DNA of 64,000 nt from the NCBI GenBank assembly GCA_963790825.1, contig CAWBPM010000002.1:97702-161701 (forward strand), read 5' to 3'. Positions 11,077-22,238 of the stretch are shown piece by piece. The DNA is from Candidatus Levyibacteriota bacterium. GTDB lineage: Bacteria; Patescibacteriota; Microgenomatia; Levybacterales; UBA12049. Under the pieces are notes generated by a model. The model made no database searches. It had not been told where the DNA came from and saw only the letters and a program-made list of their open reading frames with translations. The translations under genes were made by a program, and so were the position numbers. Each line of letters starts with the position of its first letter. The stretch's first letter is position 1.

Positions 11077-12368
11077 AATATTTTCTTTCCGCTTAGAATT
11101 TTTCTGACATTCAACATTGCGGTATAGGTAGGTAAGATATAAAGTGTTTCATCCGGCTTCGTTTCTCTCAGTCCCTTAGCAATCGCATCTTTCAAGTCGG
11201 GAATAATTTTTACTTTTTCAAAGTCACTATCTTTTTTCATACTGTATTTAATTCGAAGTGCCATATCATAGACCCTATCCCCGCTGATAAAAATTTGCTT
11301 TGCAAATTCATTTACAATCTCTGTATCGATATCCCAAATCCATGACACATCTCGTCCATCTGCGATTCCATCGTTGAGAACAAGTAAAATATTTTTTGCA
11401 CCCAGTTCTTTAACAGTCCTCAGAGATTCATTAAACCCGGTAGGATTTTTAGAGAGAAAAATCTGTACATTTTTTCCTTGAATCGGCATTATTTCCTGTC
11501 TTCCGAATGCAGGTTTAAATGTCCTCAGGCCGATTTCTATATCACTGTCACTTAGCCCGATTTGTTTTGCTGCCAGTACAGAAGCAAGTGTATTGTATCT
11601 GTTATAGAGACCGGAGAGGGGAAAATGAGAAAACTGCGATAAATTTAGTTTTGGCCGTTTTAATCCGCATTCCGTACACGACCAATCACCAAGATGTGAA
11701 TAATAAATGGATTTGTATCCTAATTTATTTCCGCAGTTCGGACAGTAAATAGAATCAGCTGCATGTTCCTGAGTAAGTTTAGTGGCATCTCTATCATCAA
11801 GACCGAAATAGACAGCATTTTTACTTTCTTTTCCCAAATATGCAATCTGCGGATCATCTGCATTCAGAATCAACCTAGTTTTTTTCTGGTCTGAAATAAC
11901 ACTCTGCCAGTTCTTGGCTACTACATCAACTTCGCCATAGCGGTCAAGTTGATCACGAAAAAGATTAAGGAGAATTAAATAATCAGGTATAATCTCTTTT
12001 AAGAATTGAATAAGCGTATTCTCATCTACTTCAAAAATTACAAAATCGGCATTTATCTTTCCACCAGGGTTTGCATTTAGTAAAAGCGTTGAAGCGATAC
12101 CATTCAAAAGATTAGCACCCGATGAATTATGAATTACTTTTTTTCCGGAATATTCAAGAATTGTTTTGAGAAGAAGTGATGTCGTCGTCTTTCCATTTGT
12201 TCCAGCGACGAGGATAACTCGTAAATTCGACTTATCAACCATTATTTTTATAAAATCAGGATTGATTTTCAACGCGAGATGTCCAGGCCAAGTCGAACCA
12301 TTACCGAGATTCAAAGACCTTGCTATTTTTGAAAACAGTTTTCCAAAGGCAATTATAAGTAAATCCAT
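11073..12368 (-). CDS. murT: lipid II isoglutaminyl synthase, Mur-ligase-like subunit MurT
   Basis: Mur ligase P-loop VAGTNGKTTTSLLL, the MurT-specific Cys4 ribbon CPNCGNKLGY...CTECG, and a DUF1727-like C-terminus. The start is probably the internal Met (MDLLIIAFGKLF); the ORF as listed extends to 12467. Confidence 0.75.
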   Translation of the reverse strand: MDLLIIAFGKLFSKIARSLNLGNGSTWPGHLALKINPDFIKIMVDKSNLRVILVAGTNGKTTTSLLLKTILEYSGKKVIHNSSGANLLNGIASTLLLNANPGGKINADFVIFEVDENTLIQFLKEIIPDYLILLNLFRDQLDRYGEVDVVAKNWQSVISDQKKTRLILNADDPQIAYLGKESKNAVYFGLDDRDATKLTQEHAADSIYCPNCGNKLGYKSIYYSHLGDWSCTECGLKRPKLNLSQFSHFPLSGLYNRYNTLASVLAAKQIGLSDSDIEIGLRTFKPAFGRQEIMPIQGKNVQIFLSKNPTGFNESLRTVKELGAKNILLVLNDGIADGRDVSWIWDIDTEIVNEFAKQIFISGDRVYDMALRIKYSMKKDSDFEKVKIIPDLKDAIAKGLRETKPDETLYILPTYTAMLNVRKILSGKKIL

Positions 12369-12425
12369 AAATATATTATACTTGAGGAATGAAAATATAA
12401 CCATAATGTGATAAAATAGCTGAGT

Positions 12426-12647
12426 ATGAAAGAGAACGAAAGTATAACTAAAGATCGTATTGTGCACGTTTTAAATACACTTTGGCAAGGGGTTGTCTTT
12501 GTTGATAGGAATGTAATAAAAAGACTTTACCGGGACAGAGGAGAAGAAGGAATTCCTGAAGAAATAAGAGCAAAAAGAGCTTTGATATGGCTTAATAAAA
12601 CCGGTGACAAGTGTGTTCAGGAGTCTATAAAAACAACAATAAAGTAA
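12426..12647 (+). CDS. small hypothetical protein
   Basis: 73-aa ORF filling the murT-htpX intergenic gap. Weak RBS and no known motif. Confidence 0.25.
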   Translation: MKENESITKDRIVHVLNTLWQGVVFVDRNVIKRLYRDRGEEGIPEEIRAKRALIWLNKTGDKCVQESIKTTIK

Positions 12648-12671
12648 AGAGCACGACAAACTACCCGCAGC

Positions 12672-13559
12672 TTACATTGACCGGAGAATTTTGATTCTTT
12701 CTTCAATTGGCGGGTGGGTATTGAAAAGTCCGGCTAGAAAATTACTACCCTCTTTCCCCTTAAATGGATTAATAATAAATAGGTTTGCTGTCGCATTCGA
12801 AGCACTTGTCGATGGGGTCGGATCTGAAGAGATTTTCTCAAGCGCACTTGCTAATCCTTCAGGATATCTGGTAAGCAGGGCTCCCTGCGCATCAGCCAAA
12901 AATTCTCTTTTCCGCGAAACTGCGAGCTGAATTAATGTCGCGACAATAGGAGATAAAATTGCAAAAATAATCCCAAGAAGCAGAAATAAGTTATTCCCCC
13001 TGTTATCCCGGTCCCGTCCGCGAAACCACAAACTTTGCATGAACATGTTGGCGAAAATTGCAATAAATCCTACGAGAATAGAAACTACTCCCATTAGGCG
13101 GATATCATAATCTTTCACATGTGACAACTCGTGTGCAAGAACACCTTCCATTTCAACTTTATTTAAGCGTGACAGGATCCCTGATGTTACACAAACCACT
13201 GCGTGATTTGGATCTCTTCCTGTTGCAAAAGCATTAGGAGAAGGATCATCGACAACATAAATCCTGGGCATCGGAAGTCCGTCTCCGATTGACAAATTCT
13301 CGACAATTCTGAAAAGTTGCGGGTTGTCCTCCTTTTTAATCTCCTTAGCACCGGTAGTTGCCAGAACTAATTTATCCGAATAATAAAAGCTGCCGATACT
13401 TGAAATACCGGCGAAGATTAATGCCAGTCCCGCGAAATATAATCCGGATCCGTTAGCTTGTCCGAAGACATACGCTACTGTCGTAATAAAAACGACAAAA
13501 AGCAGCATAATAAGCCACGTTTTCCAAACATTTGCTGAAATAACTGAACGAATGTTCAT
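12672..13559 (-). CDS. htpX: zinc metalloprotease HtpX (M48)
   Basis: HELSHV zinc motif, TM helices and a downstream Glu ligand region. 295 aa. Confidence 0.8.
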   Translation of the reverse strand: MNIRSVISANVWKTWLIMLLFVVFITTVAYVFGQANGSGLYFAGLALIFAGISSIGSFYYSDKLVLATTGAKEIKKEDNPQLFRIVENLSIGDGLPMPRIYVVDDPSPNAFATGRDPNHAVVCVTSGILSRLNKVEMEGVLAHELSHVKDYDIRLMGVVSILVGFIAIFANMFMQSLWFRGRDRDNRGNNLFLLLGIIFAILSPIVATLIQLAVSRKREFLADAQGALLTRYPEGLASALEKISSDPTPSTSASNATANLFIINPFKGKEGSNFLAGLFNTHPPIEERIKILRSM

Positions 13560-13589
13560 AACTATCTATCTTTTTACTCTCTTTTGAGG

Positions 13590-14141
13590 TTAAAAAGATA
13601 CCTTTACTGCTTGTTTCTCTTCTTCTGTGGCAGCAAAAAAATCTGCGGGTTTAAAATTAAACATTCCGGCGATCGAATTACTCGGAAATACCTGCAGCTT
13701 CGTGTTGTAATCCAAAACATTGGTATTCAGAAATTGCCGTGCATAAGCAATTTTATTTTCAGTATCAGACAACTCTCCCTGAAGTTCGGAAAAATTCTGA
13801 CTGGCCTTAAGCTCAGGATATGCTTCAGCAACAGCAAAAAGCGACTTTAAGGTACTGCTTAACGCGTCATTCGCTTCTGCTTTTTCGCCCGTTGTCTTTG
13901 CAGACATCAGACTTGCTCTTGCTTTTGTCACATTCTCGAACACTTCTCTCTCATGTTTCGCATAACCTTTTACTGTTTCTACCAAATTAGGAATCAGGTC
14001 AGTCCGTCGTTTTAATTGAACATCAATCTCAGAAGATGCCTCCGAGATTCGAAGCCTGGCAGTCACCAGACTGTTATAAAGAAAGAATACATAGGCTGCA
14101 ATTAAAAGAATAACTACTACAAAAATAACTGTTAGGGACAT
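13590..14141 (-). CDS. lemA: LemA family protein
   Basis: N-terminal TM, then [44 protein letters not shown], typical of LemA. Confidence 0.7.
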   Translation of the reverse strand: MSLTVIFVVVILLIAAYVFFLYNSLVTARLRISEASSEIDVQLKRRTDLIPNLVETVKGYAKHEREVFENVTKARASLMSAKTTGEKAEANDALSSTLKSLFAVAEAYPELKASQNFSELQGELSDTENKIAYARQFLNTNVLDYNTKLQVFPSNSIAGMFNFKPADFFAATEEEKQAVKVSF

Positions 14142-14153
14142 ATATTCACCTCC

Positions 14154-15926
14154 TTAATCTTTGAACCATGCAATAAGTTTATTATACTCCATCGTATTAA
14201 GAATGTCACTCTTTGTCGCCCAGCCACGTCTGGCTACAGAAACCCCATATTTCATCAGATTCATTTGTTCAGTTGCGTGGCTATCGGTATTTATTGCCAA
14301 TTTTATTCCACTCCGAACAGCTTCCCTCACTAACGTATCAGGTAAATCAAGCCGCAGGGGAGACGAATTAATCTCAAGCGCTTTATTATTCTCTTTACAA
14401 AACGACATTACTTTTTCAAAATCTAATTCAAATCCCATGCGTTGATTTAAAAGTCTTCCGGTTGGATGAGCGAGAATTTTTGCTTTCGGATGTGAAAGTC
14501 CCGAAAGTACACGCTTGGTCATATCAATTTTATTCATGGAAAAAACACTGTGGATTGAAACAATCGCTCCGTCCAAAAGATCAAGCGCCTCATCGCTCAG
14601 GGCCAGTTTTCCATCAGGAAGAATATCAATTTCGAGTAACGATAGTATACGAACATATTTATTTGTTGATTTTAATTGATCAATAAATTTACTCCTTGAC
14701 TCAATAATCTGCATGACCTGATCTTTGGTGTGCTTAGAGCTGCTTGGATTATGTTCTGAAAACCCTAAATATTGATAATGTAACTCTCCTGCACGTTTAA
14801 GCATTTGTTCCATGGAATTTCTTCCCATATCGTGACTTGGCTCTATGGGGAAGCTTGAATGGATATGGAAGTCACCCTTTATATCCTCAAGTTTTACGAG
14901 ATTTGGCAACTTATTTTTAAGTGCCAGCTCGATTTCTCCTGTATCTTCACGGATTTCAGGCGGAATCCAGGAAAGTCCTATTGCTTTATAGAATTTTTCT
15001 TCCGTATCAAATTCCTGCATTTTCTCCTTCCCGTCTTTTGACTTGACTTTAATCCCGTATTCCGAAAGAGACAAACCTTTTTTTAACGCAACTTCGCGCA
15101 AATGAATATTATGCTGTTTACTACCGGTAAAGTGCTGGAGAAGCGAACCGAACGTACCGGGTGATTGTGTCCGAAGGTCAATTCGTTTTTCGCCACTTGT
15201 CAGAAGCGAAGAATCATTTACTCCAGAGGAGAGAATCCGTTCTTTATATGGATAGGCTGCAAAATGGTTAAGAACAGCCTGAGAATTGTTAGTAGATACT
15301 GCGATGTCTACGTCTCCGATCGTCGATACCATTCTGCGAAGACTGCCAAGCGGATATGCCGTCAGTACGTCAGAAGACTGCTGTAAATATTCAATAATTT
15401 TGGCTGCAAGTTCATTTGCGTAGGGAAGGACCATGCGTACGCTTTTACTTTTGCCTAACTTATATTCCCGGATAGCCTGTAAAATATCTTCCTCCGATTT
15501 TTTTCCGAATCCTGCGAGATCCGCAATTTTGCCTGCCTTGGCAATTTTTTCGACGTCTTCAATAACGGTTTCCGGATGTTTTAAATGAAACTGCAAAACG
15601 AGTTTGTGGGCTTTTTTCGGTCCGAAACTTGGAATTTCAAGAAGCGGAAAAACCGCAGGCGGAATACCTTCTAAAACCCAGTCAAAGTGCTCAACCTTTC
15701 CGCTGCGAAGCAGTTCTTCTATATGATCGGAGATTGAAGGGCCGACACCTGGAATCGCCTGCAGTTTCCCCTCCTGGAAAAGGTCTTTTACCTGCATGGT
15801 CATGTTTTCAATAGCATCAGCCGCTCTGTTATAAGCAATGATTTGAAAGCGAAATTTAGCCTCATCTTTAATGCTATAAGAAACAGCAACATTTCGAAGA
15901 AGTTTGGCAATTTGCTCATTTGTCAT
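14154..15926 (-). CDS. polX: DNA polymerase X family protein with C-terminal PHP phosphoesterase domain
   Basis: N-terminal HhH/pol-beta-like region (GVGPSISDHIEEL, GDVDIAV nucleotidyltransferase motif) and a C-terminal PHP domain (DFHIHSSFP...HPTGR). 590 aa. Confidence 0.75.
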   Translation of the reverse strand: MTNEQIAKLLRNVAVSYSIKDEAKFRFQIIAYNRAADAIENMTMQVKDLFQEGKLQAIPGVGPSISDHIEELLRSGKVEHFDWVLEGIPPAVFPLLEIPSFGPKKAHKLVLQFHLKHPETVIEDVEKIAKAGKIADLAGFGKKSEEDILQAIREYKLGKSKSVRMVLPYANELAAKIIEYLQQSSDVLTAYPLGSLRRMVSTIGDVDIAVSTNNSQAVLNHFAAYPYKERILSSGVNDSSLLTSGEKRIDLRTQSPGTFGSLLQHFTGSKQHNIHLREVALKKGLSLSEYGIKVKSKDGKEKMQEFDTEEKFYKAIGLSWIPPEIREDTGEIELALKNKLPNLVKLEDIKGDFHIHSSFPIEPSHDMGRNSMEQMLKRAGELHYQYLGFSEHNPSSSKHTKDQVMQIIESRSKFIDQLKSTNKYVRILSLLEIDILPDGKLALSDEALDLLDGAIVSIHSVFSMNKIDMTKRVLSGLSHPKAKILAHPTGRLLNQRMGFELDFEKVMSFCKENNKALEINSSPLRLDLPDTLVREAVRSGIKLAINTDSHATEQMNLMKYGVSVARRGWATKSDILNTMEYNKLIAWFKD

Positions 15927-16038
15927 AGACCCAGTCTAGCAAAGGATTGTCACGAGCGCAATAATTTGCTAGAATTACTCTGCCCATAAGTTTAGTTATA
16001 CTTTTGCATTTTCATTTAACTTTGGAACTAAACAATAT

Positions 16039-16112
16039 GGGGTGGTAGCTCAGTTGGTTAGAGCGTCTCCCTGTCACGGAGAAGGTCGCGGGTTCGAGTC
16101 CCGTTCACCCCG
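16039..16112 (+). tRNA. tRNA-Asp (anticodon GTC)
   Basis: Hand-folded cloverleaf: acceptor GGGGTGG/TCACCCC, D-arm GCTCAGTTGGTTAGAGC, anticodon stem TCTCC/GGAGA with loop CTGTCAC, T-arm GCGGGTTCGAGTCCCGT, discriminator G. CCA is not encoded. Confidence 0.85.
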
Positions 16113-16211
16113 CAATACAGGAAATTAAAACGTTACCGGAAATAAATTAGCTCTTGCAATTTCGAAAGATTACTTATATAATCTCAACTGTCTTCTGCCC
16201 AAGTATAAATT

Positions 16212-17057
16212 ATGGCAGCAAGAAAAAAGACTAGTAGAGCTACGAGAGTCACTCCAAGAAAAAAACCTGTTCAAAAAACAGGACTATCAGAATATTTTCG
16301 TTTTGGTGAATCCTACACTATTTTAATACTCGGCATAGTTGTCGTTATCATTGCCTCCATTCTACTTGTCTCATTCATTAAAAATAAGAATATTGGAAAC
16401 AATATAGGAAAAGCAGGGCAACAAATAATGTCACAGCAAACCAGGCAAAGTCTGACTAATACTGCGACACCGAGTGCTATGGCGCAGGCTCTTACTTCAA
16501 CGCCGGAACCGACTCAAGTTGTTACACCAACAACGTCCATTCCTACCATCAGACCTACTCTGGTTCCGACGCATGCAATGCGTTCCACGTTTAAGCCAAC
16601 TCTAAAACCTACGTTGTTACCGACCGTAACAGCAATTCCAACCATGACAATGTCTGAGCAGAATAAAATTCCCGCTCATCTTCCCGGCACATATAATGTT
16701 CAGTCTGGAGATTCGCTCTGGACTATTGCTGAAAAAGAATATGGAAGCGGATATAATTGGCTAGATATTGCCAAGGCAAATAATTTGTCTAATCCCGATG
16801 TGCTTTATGCCGGTACAAAATTGCAGTTACCCAGAGTTCCGACAAGACAAATTACCGTTGTTGCTCAAGCACAAATATCGATTCCAAACAGAATTACCGG
16901 TTCTACTTATACTGTCATTCATGGTGATAATCTGTGGGACATTGCGGTCAGAGCCTACGGCGATGGCTATCAATGGACAAAAATTGCCCAGGCAAACCAT
17001 TTAGCCAACCCTAGGCTCATTTTTTCCGGTAACGTTTTTATCATTCCTCGAAATTAA
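16212..17057 (+). CDS. LysM-domain peptidoglycan-binding protein (N-terminal TM, Pro/Thr-rich linker, two C-terminal LysM repeats)
   Basis: Two LysM-like repeats (YNVQSGDSLWTIAEKEYG...AGTKLQLP and YTVIHGDNLWDIAVRAYG...SGNVFIIP). TM helix at residues ~37-58, then a PT-rich low-complexity segment. Confidence 0.7.
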   Translation: MAARKKTSRATRVTPRKKPVQKTGLSEYFRFGESYTILILGIVVVIIASILLVSFIKNKNIGNNIGKAGQQIMSQQTRQSLTNTATPSAMAQALTSTPEPTQVVTPTTSIPTIRPTLVPTHAMRSTFKPTLKPTLLPTVTAIPTMTMSEQNKIPAHLPGTYNVQSGDSLWTIAEKEYGSGYNWLDIAKANNLSNPDVLYAGTKLQLPRVPTRQITVVAQAQISIPNRITGSTYTVIHGDNLWDIAVRAYGDGYQWTKIAQANHLANPRLIFSGNVFIIPRN

Positions 17058-17117
17058 TCCGGTTACTCCTGATAGTTATTTCTTTTTCTAAATTTTTTGC
17101 TACAATAAGTTAGTTTT

Positions 17118-17188
17118 GCGGGATTAGTACACCGGTAGTATGCTACCTTCCCAAGGTAGAGAAGCGAGTTCGATTCTCGTATCCCGCT
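17118..17188 (+). tRNA. tRNA-Gly (anticodon CCC)
   Basis: Acceptor GCGGGAT/ATCCCGC, anticodon stem CTACC/GGTAG with loop TTCCCAA, T-arm GCGAGTTCGATTCTCGT, discriminator U. Confidence 0.8.
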
Positions 17189-17199
17189 CAAGTATATTG

Positions 17200-17833
17200 T
17201 TAATGAAGTTTATGGAAATAATTGAGCGTGAAGCTGTTTCCATCTTTGGTCACTTTAATATTATAAAAAGAAGTATGTTTAGGCGGTTTGAGGGCGATTT
17301 GGGTAATCATTTTATAATCTGAGGGAATGACTTGCTTATTTGGTAAATTGCTTAAATCAAACCACCTAAGTTCGCCTTCTGAAGAATTAGTAATTTTCAT
17401 TGGTTTTTGAAGTATAACTTCAAATAAAAATAAAACGCAATGCCAATATGGTTGTTTTTCTCTTTTTCCCGGAAAATCTCGTTTAATACTGCCAGTATTC
17501 TCTTTGGTTTAATTTTCAACCCAGTTTCTTCAAATATTTCTCTTTTAACCGCGTCCTCAATCCTCTCGCCGAAATCAGTTTTCCGCCGGGCATGCCCCAA
17601 ATATTCTGAAATGGTTATTTGGTACGCTTCATGAGAAGAATTTTATTGCCACTCATGAGTGGAGAGATGACTATGATCAAAGGATGTTGTGTCATTTGAC
17701 AAATTATAGCAAATTTTAATACTGTGTATTGACGGTTTTTGTATAATTTGTTAGTATTAATCGTGCCCCGTACAAATATTAAAAACAGAAAAACAAAATT
17801 TATATTTATCTCCGGCGGAGTAATTTCAGGCAT
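17200..17833 (-). pseudogene. Nudix hydrolase gene split into three reading frames (pseudogene or indel errors)
   Basis: Three consecutive minus-strand ORFs (17615-17833, 17397-17600, 17200-17400). The middle one carries the Nudix box GERIEDAVKREIFEETG. The pieces abut in different frames. Confidence 0.55.
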
Positions 17834-19382
17834 TGGAAAGGCCTAACTTCCGCTTCAATCGCACTTCTACTTAAAATCTGCCGGTTATAGGGTCGCTCCT
17901 ATAAAATTTGAAAACTATCTCAACCTGGATGCAGGCACAATTAATCCGATTGAGCATGGTGATCCGTTTCTGTGCGAAGACGGAACTGAGGGTGATATGG
18001 ATATGGGAACATATGAAAAATTCTTAGATGAAGACATGGGGAAAAGCAATTTCGTAACAATGGGTAGGATTTACCAAAATGTCATTGATAAAGAGAGAAG
18101 ATTTGAGTATGACGGTGAAGACGTAGAAGCAATTCCGCATATCACCGATGAAATAACCAGGTGTATTTATACCTTGGCGAAGGAAAAAGATGCACAGATT
18201 GTTCTAATCGAACTTGGCGGTACAGCCGGAGAATATCAAAATATATTTTACTATGAAGCTTCCCGAATATTGGCACTTCGTAATCCGGGGGACGTAGTTC
18301 ATGTACATGTCAGCTATGTTCCGACTCCTAGCCATTTGGGTGAACCGAAAACCAAACCGACCCAGATTATCCGTTCGTACACTTAATTCCATGGGAATTC
18401 AGCCTGATTTTATTATAGCCCGATCGGACAGAATGCTGGATAAAAGACGACGCGACAGATTTGCCCTGTTTTGCAATATGCATCCTGAAGATATTATTTC
18501 CAATCCTGATATCGAATCGGTATATGAGATTCCGCTTAATTCTACATGAACAAGGACTGGATAAGCGCATCATGCATAAATTACATCTTCCTTTGAAGAG
18601 AGCCGAAACTGGACCGCTTGGAAGCAATTTATAACAAGAGTAAAAAATCAAGAAGAGAAAGAAATTACGATCGCAATTGTGGGGAAATACTTCGGTACAG
18701 GAGAGTATCAAATGCGTGATTCTTATGCTGCGTTGCTTGATGCCATTGACCATGCGGCTGCGGCAGAAAATGTAAAAGTTATAACTAAATGGGTTAATGC
18801 TGAAAAAATAGAGTCCGCAATAGAAGAAGCAAAAAGTACAAGTAAAGATATTATAGTTAGTTGTTAAGGAAGTTATCGGTGAGCCGAACGGAATAATTGT
18901 TCCGATAGGTTGGGGAGAACGCGGCAGCGAAGGAATGATTGAAGCTGTCAATTATGCGAAGAATAACAAAGATTCCTTATTTAGGATTGTGTTTTGGTAT
19001 GCAGCTGGCGGTAGTTGGATTTGCCAGGGATGAACTCGGATGGAAAGATGCTAACAGTGAGGAATTAGATCCTAAAACTTCCCATCCGGTTATTCATTTC
19101 ATCGCCAACCAAAAAGAATTGATAGCCAGAAGAGCTTACGGCGGGACCATGCGGCTTGGCGGTTGGGAAGCAATTGTTAAAAAGGGTACAAGGGCTTTTG
19201 AGATTTATAAGAAATCTCATGCTTTTATAAATGAGAAAAAAGGATTAACCAGCGAACGGCATCGACATCGTTATGAATTTAACGACGAGTTTGCAAAGGA
19301 ATTAGAAGAACACGGGCTGGTTATTGCAGCCCGATCGGTTAAAGAGAATTTGGTAGAAATTATTGAGCTAGCAGAAATCTGA
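17796..19382 (+). pseudogene. pyrG: CTP synthase gene, heavily frameshifted (at least 8 frame changes) and no start codon
   Basis: PyrG-like segments in alternating frames: [47 protein letters not shown]...DMDMGTYEKF, TQHS-like RSVRTLNSMGIQPDFIIARSDR, KEITIAIVGKYFGTGEYQMRDSYAALLDA, and the glutaminase domain YLGLCFGMQ...ERHRHRYEFN. No ATG precedes the N-terminus. Confidence 0.65.
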
Positions 19383-19519
19383 TCATCCATTCTTTCTGGG
19401 TACCCAGGGTCATCCGGAATATAAAAGCCGACCGCTTAGACCCCACCCAATTTTTATTGCTTTTGTGAAAGCATGTAGTAAGTCTTGAATAATCTGGGAA
19501 ATTCCGCTATAATAACCTT

Positions 19520-19813
19520 ATGATTCAGCTGAATTTTGTTCCCGGAGATATTATTAAAGTTTATCAAACCATTAAAGAAGGAGATAAGACCAGAACCCAA
19601 ATGTTTGAGGGAATTGTTCTGCAAATTAAAGGACGTGGAGAAAACAAGAGTTTTACGGTGCAAAAAATGGTTGGACCGGTTTCTGTTGAAAGAATTTGGC
19701 CGGTAATGTCGCCTAATTTGCAGAAAGTGGTGAAGTCGGGACATATTTATAAAAATCTGAAAAAAGTCAGACGGGCTAAGCTGAATTATCTAAAGATCCC
19801 GAAAACCTCGTAA
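19520..19813 (+). CDS. rplS: 50S ribosomal protein L19
   Basis: GDIIKVYQTIKEGDKTRTQMFEGIVLQIKGRGENKSFTVQKMVGPVSVERIWPVMSP matches L19. Confidence 0.85.
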   Translation: MIQLNFVPGDIIKVYQTIKEGDKTRTQMFEGIVLQIKGRGENKSFTVQKMVGPVSVERIWPVMSPNLQKVVKSGHIYKNLKKVRRAKLNYLKIPKTS

Positions 19814-19849
19814 AATCCTCTTAATTTCTATTTATCCTAACACAAAAAG

Positions 19850-20245
19850 TTGTATACTTGTTTCGTGTATAGAACACTGGATACGAAAAAGCAAATTTCC
19901 GGTAAGCGGGGAGAAGATATTGCAGTAGCGTATTTGAGAAAAAAAGGATACCAAATTCTCGAGCGAAATTTTAGGCTTAGAAACGGAGAAATCGACATTA
20001 TTGCTCTCCACGAGAATATACTTGTCTTTATTGAGGTAAAAACCAGGACTTCTAGATTGTTTGGCACACCACTTGAAGCAATTAGCTTCTTTAAGCTGCG
20101 TTCGTTGGTCCGGACAGCCAACGTGTATAAATATACCCGTAATAATTTACCGGAAGCAATGCGGATTGACGCTATTGCAGTAAAGTTTCTTGATCCTGAA
20201 GGGGTAGATTTCGAAATCGAACACATGAAGAATATTTCTAGCTAG
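19850..20245 (+). CDS. yraN: YraN family endonuclease (UPF0102)
   Basis: [35 protein letters not shown]...VFIEVKTR is the YraN/UPF0102 signature. Confidence 0.7.
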   Translation: MYTCFVYRTLDTKKQISGKRGEDIAVAYLRKKGYQILERNFRLRNGEIDIIALHENILVFIEVKTRTSRLFGTPLEAISFFKLRSLVRTANVYKYTRNNLPEAMRIDAIAVKFLDPEGVDFEIEHMKNISS

Positions 20246-22238
20246 GTTTAAGTGTTTTTATTTGGTCTCTGATTCTCATCGCTGTTTCAAAGTCCAGTCT
20301 CTCGGCTGCCAGTTTCATTTCTTTGCGTAATTTCCGAACCACGTCTTCCCGTTCGTCCGGCAGAAGAACCTCTTTGTTACCAAACTCAATTAACTCATCC
20401 AGTGACTCACGTCTCTGTTCTTCCTTTTCTTCTTCAACCAAACGTGCACGGATAGACTTATCAATACTGACAGGCGTAATATGATGCTTCTTGTTATACG
20501 CGGTTTGGACTTTCCTTCGCCTTTCAACTTCATCAATTGCCTCCCGCATGGAGTCCGTTATTCTGTCGGCATACATAATTACTTCAGACTTCGTATGCCG
20601 TGCCGCGCGTCCCATGGTTTGAACAAGTGATGTCCTGCTTCTTAAGAACCCCTCTTTATCAGCATCGAGAATAACAACAAGCGACACTTCCGGCAAATCT
20701 AATCCCTCACGAAGCAAGTTAATGCCAACCAAAACATCAACGGTCCCGAGGCGCAAATTATCCAAAACATCCTGCCTCTCAAGGGTAATAATATCAGAAT
20801 GAAGATAAGCTACTTTGATTTGTTTTTCTTCCAGATAGGCTGTCAACTCCTCAGACATCCGTTTTGTTAAAGTTGTCACAAGTACCCTCTCCTTTCTCTC
20901 GACCCGCTTCAGAATCTCAGAAATCAAATCGGGAATTTGTCCTTTACTCGGCTTAACAGTAATAACAGGATCTACCAGTCCGGTAGGTCGAATAAGTTGC
21001 TCAACGACAGCATTTTCAGCTTCTTTAGCTAAAGATAATTCATAATCATTCGGCGTTGCTGAGACATACACGGTTTGATGGACATGACGCATAAACTCAT
21101 CAAAACGAAGCGGTCTGTTATCCATGGCAGACGGAAGCCGGAAGCCGTAATCAACCAATACACTTTTCCGCGATTGGTCGCCGTTATACATGCCCCGAAT
21201 TTGGGGAAGTGTCATATGTGACTCATCAATCATCAGGAGCCAATCATCTGAGGCGGCATCGAAATAATCAATAAGCGTATACGGCGGATCGCCGGGTTTT
21301 CTTCCGTCAAAGTATGTTGAGTAGTTCTCAATGCCATTTACATATCCAACTTCACGAATCATTTCCAAATCGAAATTCGTTCTTTGCATAAGTCGCTGTG
21401 CTTCAAGAAGTTTACCGGCTGCTTTTAATTCTTCGGTACGTTTCGCCAGATCTGAGCGAATATGACTAAATGCATCGTCATAGGACTTAGGATCAGTCAT
21501 GTAGTGTTTGGCGGGGTAGATAATGGTTTTAGAAATTATCTGAAGCGTGTCTCCGTTTAAGGGACTGAATTCGTATAGTTTACTGATTTTTTCCTCATTT
21601 ATTTCGATCCGAATACCGTTGTCCATATATGCCGGAAAAAGATCAATTGCATTCCCACGAACCCTATATGATCCGCGTCTGAATTCATAATCATTCCGTT
21701 CATATTGTAAGTCTGCGAGCCGTACCAGGATATCCCTTTGGGTAGTTTGCATACCAATTCTTAGCTCGAGAACAAATTTACCATATTCAACAGGCGAGCC
21801 CAAATTATAGATACAGGAAACCGATGCGACGACTATGACATCTTTTCTGGTTAATAAATTTGTCGTCGCTGACAGCCGGAGTTTGTCAATCTCTTCATTA
21901 ATCTCAGCTTCTTTTTCGATATACGTATCACTTTGCGGAACATAAGCTTCGGGTTGATAGTAATCATAATAGGAAACGAAATATGATACGGCATTTTTAG
22001 GGAAGAAATCACGAAATTCCTGATATAGTTGTCCGGCCAGAGTTTTATTATGCGAAATAACCAGAGTCGGCTTTTGAATATTTTGTATAACGTTAGCCAT
22101 GGTAAAGGTTTTTCCCGACCCGGTAACACCGAGAAGTACCTGATCTCTAACATTTTTTTGCAAATTTTCAGTTAATTTTTTAATTGCCTGCGGCTGGTCG
22201 CCGGTAGGGCTAAATTTGGATTTAAGCTTAAATTTCAT
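20238..22238 (-). CDS. uvrB: excinuclease ABC subunit B
   Basis: 666 aa. Walker [11 protein letters not shown], helicase motifs, and the UvrB interaction/UVR domain at the C-terminus ([17 protein letters not shown]). Confidence 0.9.
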   Translation of the reverse strand: MKFKLKSKFSPTGDQPQAIKKLTENLQKNVRDQVLLGVTGSGKTFTMANVIQNIQKPTLVISHNKTLAGQLYQEFRDFFPKNAVSYFVSYYDYYQPEAYVPQSDTYIEKEAEINEEIDKLRLSATTNLLTRKDVIVVASVSCIYNLGSPVEYGKFVLELRIGMQTTQRDILVRLADLQYERNDYEFRRGSYRVRGNAIDLFPAYMDNGIRIEINEEKISKLYEFSPLNGDTLQIISKTIIYPAKHYMTDPKSYDDAFSHIRSDLAKRTEELKAAGKLLEAQRLMQRTNFDLEMIREVGYVNGIENYSTYFDGRKPGDPPYTLIDYFDAASDDWLLMIDESHMTLPQIRGMYNGDQSRKSVLVDYGFRLPSAMDNRPLRFDEFMRHVHQTVYVSATPNDYELSLAKEAENAVVEQLIRPTGLVDPVITVKPSKGQIPDLISEILKRVERKERVLVTTLTKRMSEELTAYLEEKQIKVAYLHSDIITLERQDVLDNLRLGTVDVLVGINLLREGLDLPEVSLVVILDADKEGFLRSRTSLVQTMGRAARHTKSEVIMYADRITDSMREAIDEVERRRKVQTAYNKKHHITPVSIDKSIRARLVEEEKEEQRRESLDELIEFGNKEVLLPDEREDVVRKLRKEMKLAAERLDFETAMRIRDQIKTLKPS

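Noticed and set aside
12471-12659. 62-aa minus-strand ORF
   Set aside because: Overlaps and competes with the plus-strand 73-aa ORF in the murT-htpX gap. Neither has strong support, and only the plus-strand one is listed at low confidence.
18204-18951. Minus-strand ORFs 18204-18392 and 18367-18951 (194 aa)
   Set aside because: Antisense to the pyrG remnants. They persist only because the sense gene is AT-rich and decayed. No motif.
19454-20226. Minus-strand ORFs 19454-19744 and 19837-20226
   Set aside because: Antisense to rplS and yraN respectively, both of which have clear family signatures.
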